From: Candidatus Krumholzibacteriia bacterium | Lineage (GTDB): Bacteria; Krumholzibacteriota; Krumholzibacteriia; LZORAL124-64-63 | NCBI GenBank assembly: GCA_046484865.1 | Contig: JAWOID010000144.1 | Coordinates: 32,001-96,000, forward strand | Direction: 5' to 3' | DNA: 64,000 nucleotides | Program-made: the position numbers and the translations under genes | Notes under the pieces: generated by a model | Told to the model about the DNA's origin: nothing | Databases searched by the model: none | The model's input: the letters and a program-made list of their open reading frames with translations, nothing else | In this document: positions 11,915-21,200 of the stretch, in pieces | Layout of the letters: each line of letters opens with the position of its first letter | Numbering within the stretch: position 1 is the stretch's first letter

Positions 11915-13447
11915 GTGCCCCGCACTTCCGACAGCCGCTCACGCAGGTCCGGACGCTCGGGCGCCGGCGCCCGCCGGGGCGCCGGGCGATCGAAACGACC
12001 CGGCGGCAGCGGCACGAGCGGCGCCCCCCGCTGGCTGGTGGTCGGGATCGCCGGCGGCGCCCTGCTGCTGGGGCTGCTGGCCGCCGGCATCCTGGGCTGG
12101 TCGCGGACCGATCCCGGGCAGTCGGCGCTCCTGCGTCTCGGTTCGGACCGGATGTACCCGCTGGTTCAGCGCGGGATCGAGGAAGCTCTGCGACCCTTGC
12201 TGCCCGACCTCTGGTGCGGTCCCGCCGCCGGCGGCGGTGCGCCCGCCTCCGCGCACGACTGGACGCACACCGACGACTCCGGCGCGCCCGCCGCCATCCG
12301 GTGCCGCGTGGTGGCCGCGCCGGCCGGCGCGACCTTCTGGGAGGTGCAGCAGCAGGTGGCCGAAGCGGTGATGCCGCTGGGTGCGCGGATTCTCTGGGCC
12401 GAGCGGCTGCCGCGAACGGACGCGGGTGCCACGACATCCTGCGGCGCCGGCCTCGACGCCGAGTCGGCCGATCTCCTGCGTCTGGACCTGGGGGTGATCG
12501 GTCGGCCCACCCACACCCTGGTCGTGCACGCGGCCGCGACGCCGGCTCCGGTGGTGCACTGGACCCGCGACGCCGTGGCCAGCGCCTGGGACATCCTCGC
12601 GGCGGGATCGCAGCAGCCCACGATCGCCATCGTCATCGACGACTGGGGCTTCTTCCACAGCCGCGTCACCGAGGGGCTGCTGGCCCTGCCGGTGCCGCTC
12701 ACGGCGGCGGTGCTGCCGGGCCTGCCTTACTCGCGGCGCTTCGCCCTGGCCGCCACGGAGCTGGCGTTGCCGCCGGCGGACGGGGCGGCCCACCTTACGC
12801 CCGGCCGTCGCGACGCTGCCCGGGAAGCGCGCCGGGCGGCGGGGTGCCCGGTCGAGATCTCCCTGGGATCGGCCGCCCCCGAGCTGGCCGGCCGGCGTCG
12901 TGAAGTCATCCTGCACCTGCCGATGGAGCCGGAGGGGTACCCCGCGGTGGACCCCGGTCCGCTGGCCATCACCGTGGGGATGTCCGAGGTGGACATCGCC
13001 GCCGTCGTGGACCACGCGCTCGCCGGGTTGCCCGGCGTCACCGGCGTCAACAACCACATGGGCAGCCGCGCGACGGCCGACCGTGCCACCATGAGCCGGC
13101 TGATGCGGGTGCTGCGCGAGCGGGGCCTCCACTATGTGGACAGCCTCACCACCCCCCGTTCCGTGGCCTACGCCGAGGCGCAGCGGGCCGGCCTGGCCAG
13201 TGCCCGCAGCCGCATCTTCCTGGACGAGGGGCGACCCGACGCCGCGGGTGTTCGCCGCAACCTCGACGCCCTGGTCCGGGCCGCGCGAGCCGGCGGGTTC
13301 GCCGTGGGCATCGGCCATCCGCACGCCGCCACGCTGGAGGCTCTCGCAGCGGAATTGCCGCGCCTGGCCGCCGCGGGCGTGCGCTTCGTCACCGTCTCCG
13401 AACTGATCGCCCTGCAGACCCTGAGGGATGCGTCGGCGGCGTCCTGA
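11915..13447 (+). CDS. Divergent polysaccharide deacetylase family protein (YibQ-like), membrane anchored
   Basis: IAIVIDDWG, ILHLPMEP, GVNNHMGS, YVDSLT, IFLD, VGIGHPH, FVTVSEL; N-terminal TM helix. Confidence 0.88.
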   Translation: MPRTSDSRSRRSGRSGAGARRGAGRSKRPGGSGTSGAPRWLVVGIAGGALLLGLLAAGILGWSRTDPGQSALLRLGSDRMYPLVQRGIEEALRPLLPDLWCGPAAGGGAPASAHDWTHTDDSGAPAAIRCRVVAAPAGATFWEVQQQVAEAVMPLGARILWAERLPRTDAGATTSCGAGLDAESADLLRLDLGVIGRPTHTLVVHAAATPAPVVHWTRDAVASAWDILAAGSQQPTIAIVIDDWGFFHSRVTEGLLALPVPLTAAVLPGLPYSRRFALAATELALPPADGAAHLTPGRRDAAREARRAAGCPVEISLGSAAPELAGRRREVILHLPMEPEGYPAVDPGPLAITVGMSEVDIAAVVDHALAGLPGVTGVNNHMGSRATADRATMSRLMRVLRERGLHYVDSLTTPRSVAYAEAQRAGLASARSRIFLDEGRPDAAGVRRNLDALVRAARAGGFAVGIGHPHAATLEALAAELPRLAAAGVRFVTVSELIALQTLRDASAAS

Positions 13448-13474
13448 GCCGCCCGCGCGCAGGAGTTCCCGTCC

Positions 13475-14551
13475 GTGAGCGAGGTGTTCTTCCTCCCCGC
13501 CTCCACCGCCGCCGGGCCGTACTCCGTGGGCCAGAAGGTGGCTCGCATCTTCGCCGCGCTGCAACTGACCCCGGGACTCCGCCGCCGCTCCCTGGTGGCC
13601 CTGAAGGTCCAGGTGGGAGAGCGCGGCCGGCCGGCGCCGCTGCCGCCGGCATGGGTGCAGCCGCTGGCCCGGCAACTCGCCGACGCCGGGATGCTCCCCT
13701 TCTTCACCGATACCTGCGCGCTGCAGCGCGGCCACCTGAGCAACGGCGTGCTGCACGCCCGCGCCGCCCACGACCGGGGCTTCGAGCCGGTCTCGGCCGG
13801 GGCGCCCTACCTGGTGGCCGACGGCCTCGCCGGGGAGGCGGCGGTGAGGGTTCCGGTGCCCGGCCGCAACGGGCGGAGCGCGACGGTGGCCCAGCTCGCC
13901 GTTCGTGCCGACGCCCTGGTCACGGTGGCGCACGTGACGGGCCACCTGCAGAGCGGCCTCGGCGGCGTCCTCATGGCGCTGGGCCACGGACTCGCGTCCC
14001 GGGCCGGCAAGCTGGACCAGAGCGAGGCGCTCAGGCCGCGGGTCGACACTCCCATGTGCGCTGGTTGCGGGGTCTGCCTGGAGATCTGCAACTTCGACGC
14101 CATCCGCCTGGAGGGAGGGCGCGCGGTCATCGACCAGGCCCGGTGCACCGGTTGTGGCCAGTGCATGACCGTGTGCTACATGGAGGGGATCCGGCCCGAC
14201 ATCGCCCGCGGCAGTCCGGTGTTCCAGGAACGGGTGGCGGAGCACGCCGCGGCGGTGCTGCGGGGCAAGGAGGGCCGGACGGGCCACCTGGCGCTGCTGA
14301 TGCGCGTGACCAACCATGCCGATTCCGTCGGACGTAGCGAACGCCCTCTGTTCCCGGACATCGGCGTGCTCGCGGCCACCGACCCGGTCGCGCTCGACCA
14401 GGCGGTCCTCGACCTCGTCGCGCGGGAGACGGGTCGGCCGCTGACCGCGTGGACCGACCGTCAGCCCGATCCCGAGCCCCTGCTGGCGCATGCCGAGGCG
14501 CTGGGAGTGGGGTCCCGCAGCTACCGGCTGGCGCAGCTGCCGGCAGACTGA
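13475..14551 (+). CDS. DUF362-domain Fe-S protein with a 2x[4Fe-4S] ferredoxin insert
   Basis: ALKVQVGE, PFFTDT, VADGL.GE, HVTGH...GG..MALG.G.ASRAGK, CAGCGVC...C and CTGCGQC...C, DIGVLAATDPVALDQA. Confidence 0.82.
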   Translation: MSEVFFLPASTAAGPYSVGQKVARIFAALQLTPGLRRRSLVALKVQVGERGRPAPLPPAWVQPLARQLADAGMLPFFTDTCALQRGHLSNGVLHARAAHDRGFEPVSAGAPYLVADGLAGEAAVRVPVPGRNGRSATVAQLAVRADALVTVAHVTGHLQSGLGGVLMALGHGLASRAGKLDQSEALRPRVDTPMCAGCGVCLEICNFDAIRLEGGRAVIDQARCTGCGQCMTVCYMEGIRPDIARGSPVFQERVAEHAAAVLRGKEGRTGHLALLMRVTNHADSVGRSERPLFPDIGVLAATDPVALDQAVLDLVARETGRPLTAWTDRQPDPEPLLAHAEALGVGSRSYRLAQLPAD

Positions 14552-14574
14552 GCCACCCCGGGGGGCGATTGTCT

Positions 14575-14604
14575 TTGCGACCGGCTGGAAGGATGTGTTA
14601 TACT
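14575..14604 (+). promoter_or_regulatory. Putative sigma70 promoter of secDF
   Basis: TTGCGA-N18-TATACT with extended -10 TGtTATACT. Confidence 0.5.
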
Positions 14605-14756
14605 TGCCCGGGTTTTTCGGTGGGGCGGACCTCCGCGGTGCGCCTTGATGCGTTTTTGGGGCCCCGCCGCCGCAGGCATCGAGGCGCGTTTTTGTGCGAG
14701 ATCCCCGCGCAGCGCGTTGTCCGCGCGGGACCACGAACCGATTGCAGGAGAAACTC

Positions 14757-16474
14757 ATGAATCGTTCCCTGACGATCCGGGGGGCGCTGGTCCTCGTCGT
14801 GCTTCTGCTCTCCGTCTGGGGGCTGATCCCCACCATCCGGGCCTGGTCGATCTCCCAGGAGGAGCGGGCCACGGCGGACACCGAACGCCTGGCGGAGATC
14901 GAGGGCATCGAGGAGAAGGCCATCCGGCAGGGGCTCGACCTCCAGGGCGGCATGTATCTCGTCCTCGAGGTGGACACCGAGGGCATGTCCGGCGAGCAGG
15001 CTCGCGATGCGCTGGAGCGCGTGCGCGAGATCCTCGCCAACCGCGTCGACCAGTTCGGCGTCAGCGAGCCGGTGATCCAGACGCAGGGCACGTCGCGGAT
15101 CATCGTGCAGCTGCCCGGTCTGCAGAACCCGGAGCGCGCCAAGCAGCTCATCGGCACCACGGCGCAGCTGGAGTTCCGGATGCTGCGTTCGCCCGAGGAG
15201 ATCGCCACCGCCCTCGACAAGCTGGACGCGGCCTTCCGCGGGGCCGGCGCCGATACCGTCGCCGCCGCCACCGCCGCCGCCGACAGCGTGCTGGCCGGCG
15301 ACGTGGCGCGGGACAACACCGAGGTGGCGGTCGAGGCTGGAGAGGTCGACACCGTGACCACGCCCTTCGGCGAGTTGCCCGACGCGGTCGAGGAGGAGTT
15401 CGCCGACCTGGACGAGGAGATGCGGCGCGACCGTCCGTTCTCGTCGTACATGCTGGCCGATCCCCAGCTGGGGCTGCTGGTGAACGAGCGTCACGTGAAC
15501 CGCGTCCAGCAGATGCTCGATTCGCCCAGGGCCCGGGTGCTCCCGCGTGACGTGACGTTCCAGTTCAGCATGGAGACGCTGAGGGCTCCCGACGGCAGCG
15601 AACTGCGGCCGCTCTACCTGGTGGACGCCACGCCCGCCCTCACCGGCGACCGGCTCACCGGCGCCCAGGCGGTGCCCGATCCCGAACGTCCCGGCAATTT
15701 CCAGGTGTCGTTCACGCTCGACCGCCGGGGCGGCGCCCGGTTCGCGCGCCTCACGGGCGAGAACGTGGGCCGGCGCATGGCCATCGCCCTCGACAACCGC
15801 GTCAAGTCCGCGCCGGTGATCCAGGACCGCATTCCCGGCGGCCGCGGCGTGATCACCGGCGGGTTCAGCCTGGAGGCGGCGCAGGACCTGGCTCTGCTGC
15901 TGCGCGCCGGCGCCCTGCCCACCGACGTCCACATCGAGGAGGAACGCACGGTGGGGCCCAGCCTCGGGCGCGACTCCATCCGCCGGGGGATCTCCGCCGT
16001 CGTCTACGGCGGCATCCTGGTGATCGTCTTCGTGATCTTCTACTACCGGGTGAGCGGCCTGATCTCGGTGGTGGCGCTGGTCAGCAACATCATCATCCTG
16101 CTGGCGGTGCTGGCCCAGTTCGGACTCGTGCTCACCTTGCCGGGCATCGCCGGCATCATCCTGACCGTCGGCATGGCCGTGGACGCCAACGTCCTCATCA
16201 ACGAGCGCATCCGCGAGGAGTGCGCCGGCACAAGACGATCAAGGCGTCGGTGGAGGGCGGCTACAGCAACGCCACGCGCACGATCGTCGACGCGAACGTC
16301 ACGACGCTGATCGCGGCTGCCGTCCTGCTCTACTTCGGCACCGGTCCGGTCAAGGGTTTCGCGGTCACGCTGAGCATCGGCGTGGTCACGAGCATGTTCA
16401 CGGCGCTGGTCTTGACCCGCGTCCTCATGGAACTGATGACCCGCAAGCAGGGGCGGACGAAGGTCAGCATCTGA
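14757..16474 (+). CDS. secD: Protein translocase subunit SecD, with an apparent 1-nt deletion frameshift at 16220/16221
   Basis: GLDLQGG, RVDQFGVSEP, IIVQLPG, LLRAGALP, GPSLG.DSI, LTLPGIAGIILTVGMAVDANVLINERIREE. The SecD C-terminus (IVDANVTTLI..GTGPVKGFAVTL) continues in another frame (16220-16474). AGGAG RBS before ATG 14757. Confidence 0.9.
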
Positions 16475-16549
16475 CGGCGGGCGACCAAGGTCGGCGTCCC
16501 TGCGGACGTCCTGGCGCGGCGGTGGCGGCCGCGCACGATGGGAGCGACG

Positions 16550-17470
16550 ATGGAGTTCTTCCGCAACTCGAACATCAACTTCGTGGGCGCCATGAAGTAC
16601 ACCTTCGCGGCGTCCACGGTCCTGGTCCTGCTCAGCCTGGTCACGCTGGTGGCGCACGGCGGACCGCGCATGAGCATCGACTTCACCGGCGGCTCGATGG
16701 TGCAGGTGCGCATCACGCCGCAACCCACCGTGGCCGAGATCCGCTCGGTCATGGAGCAGCACGGTTTCTCGGGCGTGCAGGTGCAGGATTTCGGCGCCGA
16801 GAACGAGTTCCTGATCATCTTTCCGGAGCTCGGCGGCGAGCTGGTGAATGCCACCCGCCCCATGATCGAAGCGCTGCGCGACGGCTTCGCGGGGGCCGAG
16901 GTGGAACTGCGGCGCGAGGAGGCGGTGGGTCCGAAGATCGGCGGTGAGCTGCAGACGGCGGCGGAGAGCTCGGTGGTGGCCGCGCTGGTCCTGATCGTGC
17001 TCTACATCACGATCCGCTTCGTCTTCCGTTACGGCGTGGCGGCGATCATCGCCATCGTCCACGACGTGATGCTCACCCTGGGGCTCTTCTCGCTGCTGAA
17101 CCTGGAGATCTCGCTCACCATCATCGCGGCGTTCCTGACGATCATCGGCTACTCGCTGAACGACACCATCGTGGTGTTCGACCGCATCCGCGAGAACATG
17201 AAGCTGCGGCGCCGCGAGTCGTACCGCGAGGTGATCAACCGGTCCATCAACGAGTGCCTCAGCCGGACCGCGCTGACCTCGCTGACCACCTTCTTCGTCA
17301 CGGCCATGCTCTACGTCCTCGGCGGCCCCGTGATTCACGACTTCGCGCTGGCCCTGTGCTTCGGGGTGATCGTGGGCACCTACTCGTCGATCTTCATCGC
17401 CAGTCCGGTGCTGGTGTTCTGGTACGAGCGCAGGATCGCCGACAAGAAGCGCATGCAGCCCTCGCTCTGA
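16550..17470 (+). CDS. secF: Protein translocase subunit SecF
   Basis: IDFTGG, VGPKIGGEL, HDV, IAAFLTIIGYSLNDTIVVFDRIRE, RTALTS, GTYSSIFIASP. Start 16538 or 16550. Confidence 0.95.
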   Translation: MEFFRNSNINFVGAMKYTFAASTVLVLLSLVTLVAHGGPRMSIDFTGGSMVQVRITPQPTVAEIRSVMEQHGFSGVQVQDFGAENEFLIIFPELGGELVNATRPMIEALRDGFAGAEVELRREEAVGPKIGGELQTAAESSVVAALVLIVLYITIRFVFRYGVAAIIAIVHDVMLTLGLFSLLNLEISLTIIAAFLTIIGYSLNDTIVVFDRIRENMKLRRRESYREVINRSINECLSRTALTSLTTFFVTAMLYVLGGPVIHDFALALCFGVIVGTYSSIFIASPVLVFWYERRIADKKRMQPSL

Positions 17471-17742
17471 GCGGACCGGGCGCTCCCGGACACCCCGGGG
17501 CCCCCGGGGCGCCGGAACTCCGACGGCACCGACGGCCCGCCGCCACCGCGGCGGGCCGCAGTGTCTTCTGCGGGGGGCGGTGTGACTCATCCGGCGGACT
17601 CCGGACCTGCCCGATCGTCGCCGCGCTCCGTCCCGGCGGTCCTCGCGGCAGGATGGCCAGGAAACCTCGGTTCGGGGTATCATGAAGGCGCGCCGGAGGT
17701 CCTGGCGCGATGCCGCGCCGGTGGAGGTCGCGACCGGCCCGT

Positions 17743-17758
17743 TTGGCACGTCCCTTGC
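17743..17758 (+). promoter_or_regulatory. Sigma54 (-24/-12) promoter
   Basis: TTGGCACG-TCCC-TTGC, an exact TGGCACG-N4-TTGC match 40 nt upstream of ATG 17798. Confidence 0.7.
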
Positions 17759-17797
17759 CGAATGCCGGAGATCCCCAGCGCCGGAGGGCGAGACGTG

Positions 17798-18277
17798 ATG
17801 TGCGAACGAAGGGACACGGGACGGAAGGGCGCCTGGCGGGCGGCGGTGGTCGTGCTGGTGGCGGTCGCGTCGCTGGCGCCGGCGGCCGGAGCCCGCCTCG
17901 TCCTCGAACGCCACTCCCAGGCCGCCGCCACCCTCCACGCCCTCGCCGGCCACTGGCGCATCGAGGACCACGCGGCGCTGGCCGAGCTCGTGGCGTCCGA
18001 AGGCGTGCGTATCGCCATCGGCCCGGTCCCGGACCGGGAAAACCTTTACAGCCCCAGCCAGTCCTTCTACTTCTTCAAGAATCTCTTCCAGGACCTGGAG
18101 TCCGAGGCGTTCGTCGTCGAGACGCAGCAGGACGGCGACCAGGGCCGGGCCCACGCGGTGGCGCGATGGAGATTCCGCCGCTCGGGAGCCGACCGGACGG
18201 AGGAGATGAGGCTGGTGATCTCGCTCGTGCGTGGCCCCGACGGATGGGCTGTAGGCGAGATCCGGGCGTTGCGCTGA
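17798..18277 (+). CDS. Small secreted protein, possibly DUF4783-like
   Basis: Signal peptide; YSPSQSFYFFKNLF resembles the YS.xQa..il..FF motif I recall for DUF4783; GGAG RBS. Confidence 0.55.
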   Translation: MCERRDTGRKGAWRAAVVVLVAVASLAPAAGARLVLERHSQAAATLHALAGHWRIEDHAALAELVASEGVRIAIGPVPDRENLYSPSQSFYFFKNLFQDLESEAFVVETQQDGDQGRAHAVARWRFRRSGADRTEEMRLVISLVRGPDGWAVGEIRALR

Positions 18278-18299
18278 ACCTTCCGCGGAGGACCCCTGC

Positions 18300-21200
18300 A
18301 TGAGGCTGCCGGCGGCGCGTTCCGCCCCGGTCGTCGTGATCCTGGCCACCGCTCTGCAGGGCGGCCTGCTCTGGCTGTCCGGTCGAGGCGGCGAGCCGGC
18401 GCTCATCCTGCCCTTCCCGCTCGCTCTGGCGGCCGTGATCGCGCTGGCGGCTGCGGTCCTGCACCAGATCCGCCGCTCGGCGATCCCGCGTTTGCCCGAG
18501 CCGGCAAGTGCCGAACGCCGAGCGGGCGCCGAGGGCGGGTGGCGACTCGTCGCGCTGGCGCTCTTCTGCCTGGCCCAGGTGGTGATCGCCGTGCAGGCGG
18601 GCGGAACCTGGCGCGCCCAGGAGCAGGAAGAGAGCGCCTGGGAGGAGAAGGCGCGCGCCCGGCTCACGGCGAGGGTGGAGGAGGAGGCGGAGCGGCTCTC
18701 GGCCATGGTGGCTGCGCTCGGGGGCCTCGACCCGCCGGCGTTGCCGGCCGAGCTGCGCGCTTCGGCGCTGGTGCCCGCGATCGAACCCGGCGCCGCGTCG
18801 GCGGATGCGCCCGACGCGTTCGCGGTGGCGCAGTCCCTGGCCCGGGCGGCGCGCGGAGCGGTTCCGCTGGCGCCCGGGGCCGAACTGGACGCGGTGCTCT
18901 GGCACCGGGACGAGCGGACGGCCTGGACAGCGGGCGCCGCGCCGCTCTCCTGGGCCCCCGGCCCGCCCGGCGGGGTGACTCTCGCGACCGGACACGAAAG
19001 CGTCCACCTGCGTCGCGTGCTGCTGCTGGAGTTCGCGCCTGCCGTGGCCGGCGACGCTGGCGGCGCCTCGCCGGCGGCGGCGGATGCCGCCGGTGCGGCG
19101 GTGCCCCCGGACCTTCTCGTCGAGTTGCAGATCCGGCTGCCGGGCGTCGCGCCGGCCGCCACCGGGCCGCCGGACGCGCCGCTGACGAGAGCGCCCTCGC
19201 TGGCGGCAGACGGCGGTGAGTCCGTCCTCCAGCGGACGCTGTCCACAGCGCCCTTCGGTTCTCGGCCCCGGGTGCTCGGAGGGGCGTCCGAGGGCATGAC
19301 CGCGGTGCAGACGGTGGCCCTGGCGCCGGACGAGCGAGGCAGGCTGCTCGGCGTCAGGGTGGCCGCCTCGGTGCCGCCGCAGCGACTGCTCGCGCGAGCC
19401 GATGCCGCGATGCGCCTGGTGGTCCTGGCCGCAGCATGGGCGGTGGCGCTGGTGGCCGGCGTGGGCTGGCTGGCGGGGCTCGTGGCCGCGCTCCTGGCCG
19501 CCTGGATCGCGCGCGCGGCGCTCGCGGCCATCGACCTCTTCCACTGGGTCCAGTCGGCGGTACCGGACGCGCCGCTCGGCGGCGTGACGGGGGCGCTCGC
19601 GAGCGTCGTGGACCCCGCCTACTTCGCCACGCCCTTCGGATACGGCTGGATGGCCTCCACGGTGGACGTCTTCCTCACCGCCGTGCTGTTCGCCGCCACC
19701 GGCTGGGCGGTGCTGGATACCGCGGCGCGGAGGACCCGCGGATCGGCGGCGGTCGCGGGCCGTGCCGGACGCACCGGCGGCGCCGGCCGGGCGCTGGCCG
19801 CCGGTCTGGCGGTCGGTGTGGCGCTGGGCGGCGGATTGCTGCTGCTGCGGCTGGTCACCGGCGAGATCGTCGAGAACGCGAACCCGCGACTGGTGGGACC
19901 TCAGGTGCCGTACCGGTCGCTGACGTTCTGGATGCTGCATGCGGCGCTGCTGGCGCTCAGCGGTGCGGTGGTGGCTTCGCTGACGGCGGTCGCGGCGCTG
20001 CTGCGCCACCGGGGCGCCGGCTGGGGCCGCGGCTGGACAGCGGTCGCGGCGGCGCTCGGCGGAGCCTTGCTGGTGGCGGTTCCGGCAGCAGGTGCGGGGG
20101 GAGGGCCGGGGCCGCTGGCGGCGGTGACCGCCGGCGCGCTGGCGGCGGGAATCTGGCTGCTGTCCCGTCCGGCGCTGCACGCGCGCGGACTGGCCGGGCA
20201 GCTGGCGGTCGTCGTCCTGTTCCTCCTGACGGTGGCCTGGAACTACTCCGCCCTGCGCGAGAGCTACGGGCGCAGCGAGCGCACCTGGCTGCTGCGCAAG
20301 GCGGAGCAGGTGGTGCAGCCGCAGGAGGACTGGATCACCTTCCTGCTCCAGGACGCCTTGCGGGAAATGGCCGCCAAGGAGCAGGGTCAGCGCGTGGCCG
20401 AAGCCGCGCGCAGGTGGCAGCCGCCGGTGCCGGTCTGGCATCCATCGGCGTCCACCGCGGTCGACACCACCGGCGACGACGCTGCGACGGGAACGTCGGT
20501 GTCCGTGGTGAGCGGTGCGGAGCGCGGCGCCGCCGAAGGTGCCGAACTCTGGCGCAACGAACCGGCGTATCGACTGTGGCTGGGCTCCTCGCTCCGGGAT
20601 CTCGGGATGCCCACGCTCATCGAGGTGGACGACCCGGAGGGCATGGCCGTCAGCCTGTTCGCGGCCGGATTCCTGCGCGATTTTGGTTACGAGGTGCAGG
20701 CGCGGTCATCGTGGCAACCCCTGCCGCCGCCGGGCGGCAGCGAGCCGCCGGTTCTTGTGCAGACCGAGCGGCGGCGCTATCCGACCGGCGAGGAGGTGGT
20801 GCTGCGCGGCGAGATCCCGAGATGGGGCGTGGGGGGTTTCATCCGGGTGGAACTGCCGTTGCGCTCGCGTCGGGCCGCCACCCTGCTGGAGCAGCTGCAG
20901 GGCGTCCGTCCCGACCCCACGGTCGCCGGTTACCGGCCGCGCGCCGAGATCGATCGCCCCCTGCTGCTGGTGCACGGCGACGCGCGCGGCTGGCTCGACG
21001 CCGGCGAGGGGTTGTTTCCGGATCCCGTCTCGGACGAGGTCGTGGCCGCGCTGCAGCAGGGGCGACGCACCTGGGGCGTGGTCACCGCCGAGTCGTCCCC
21101 GTATCTCGCCACCTGGAGCGCTCTTCCGGCGGAGGCGGCCGAGCGGGAGGGCGAAGGCTTCCTGATCGGCGTGCAACAGCTCGGAGCCCTCGGGACGGCA

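Noticed and set aside
11939..15451. Very long antisense and alternative-frame ORFs (e.g. 11939-15451, 16043-19531, 20706-24524, 39695-43036)
   Set aside because: Shadow ORFs expected at very high GC; they overlap well-supported genes and have no recognisable motifs.
16220..16474. 84-aa ORF as an independent gene or programmed frameshift product
   Set aside because: It is the SecD C-terminus; no slippery sequence or properly spaced RBS is visible.
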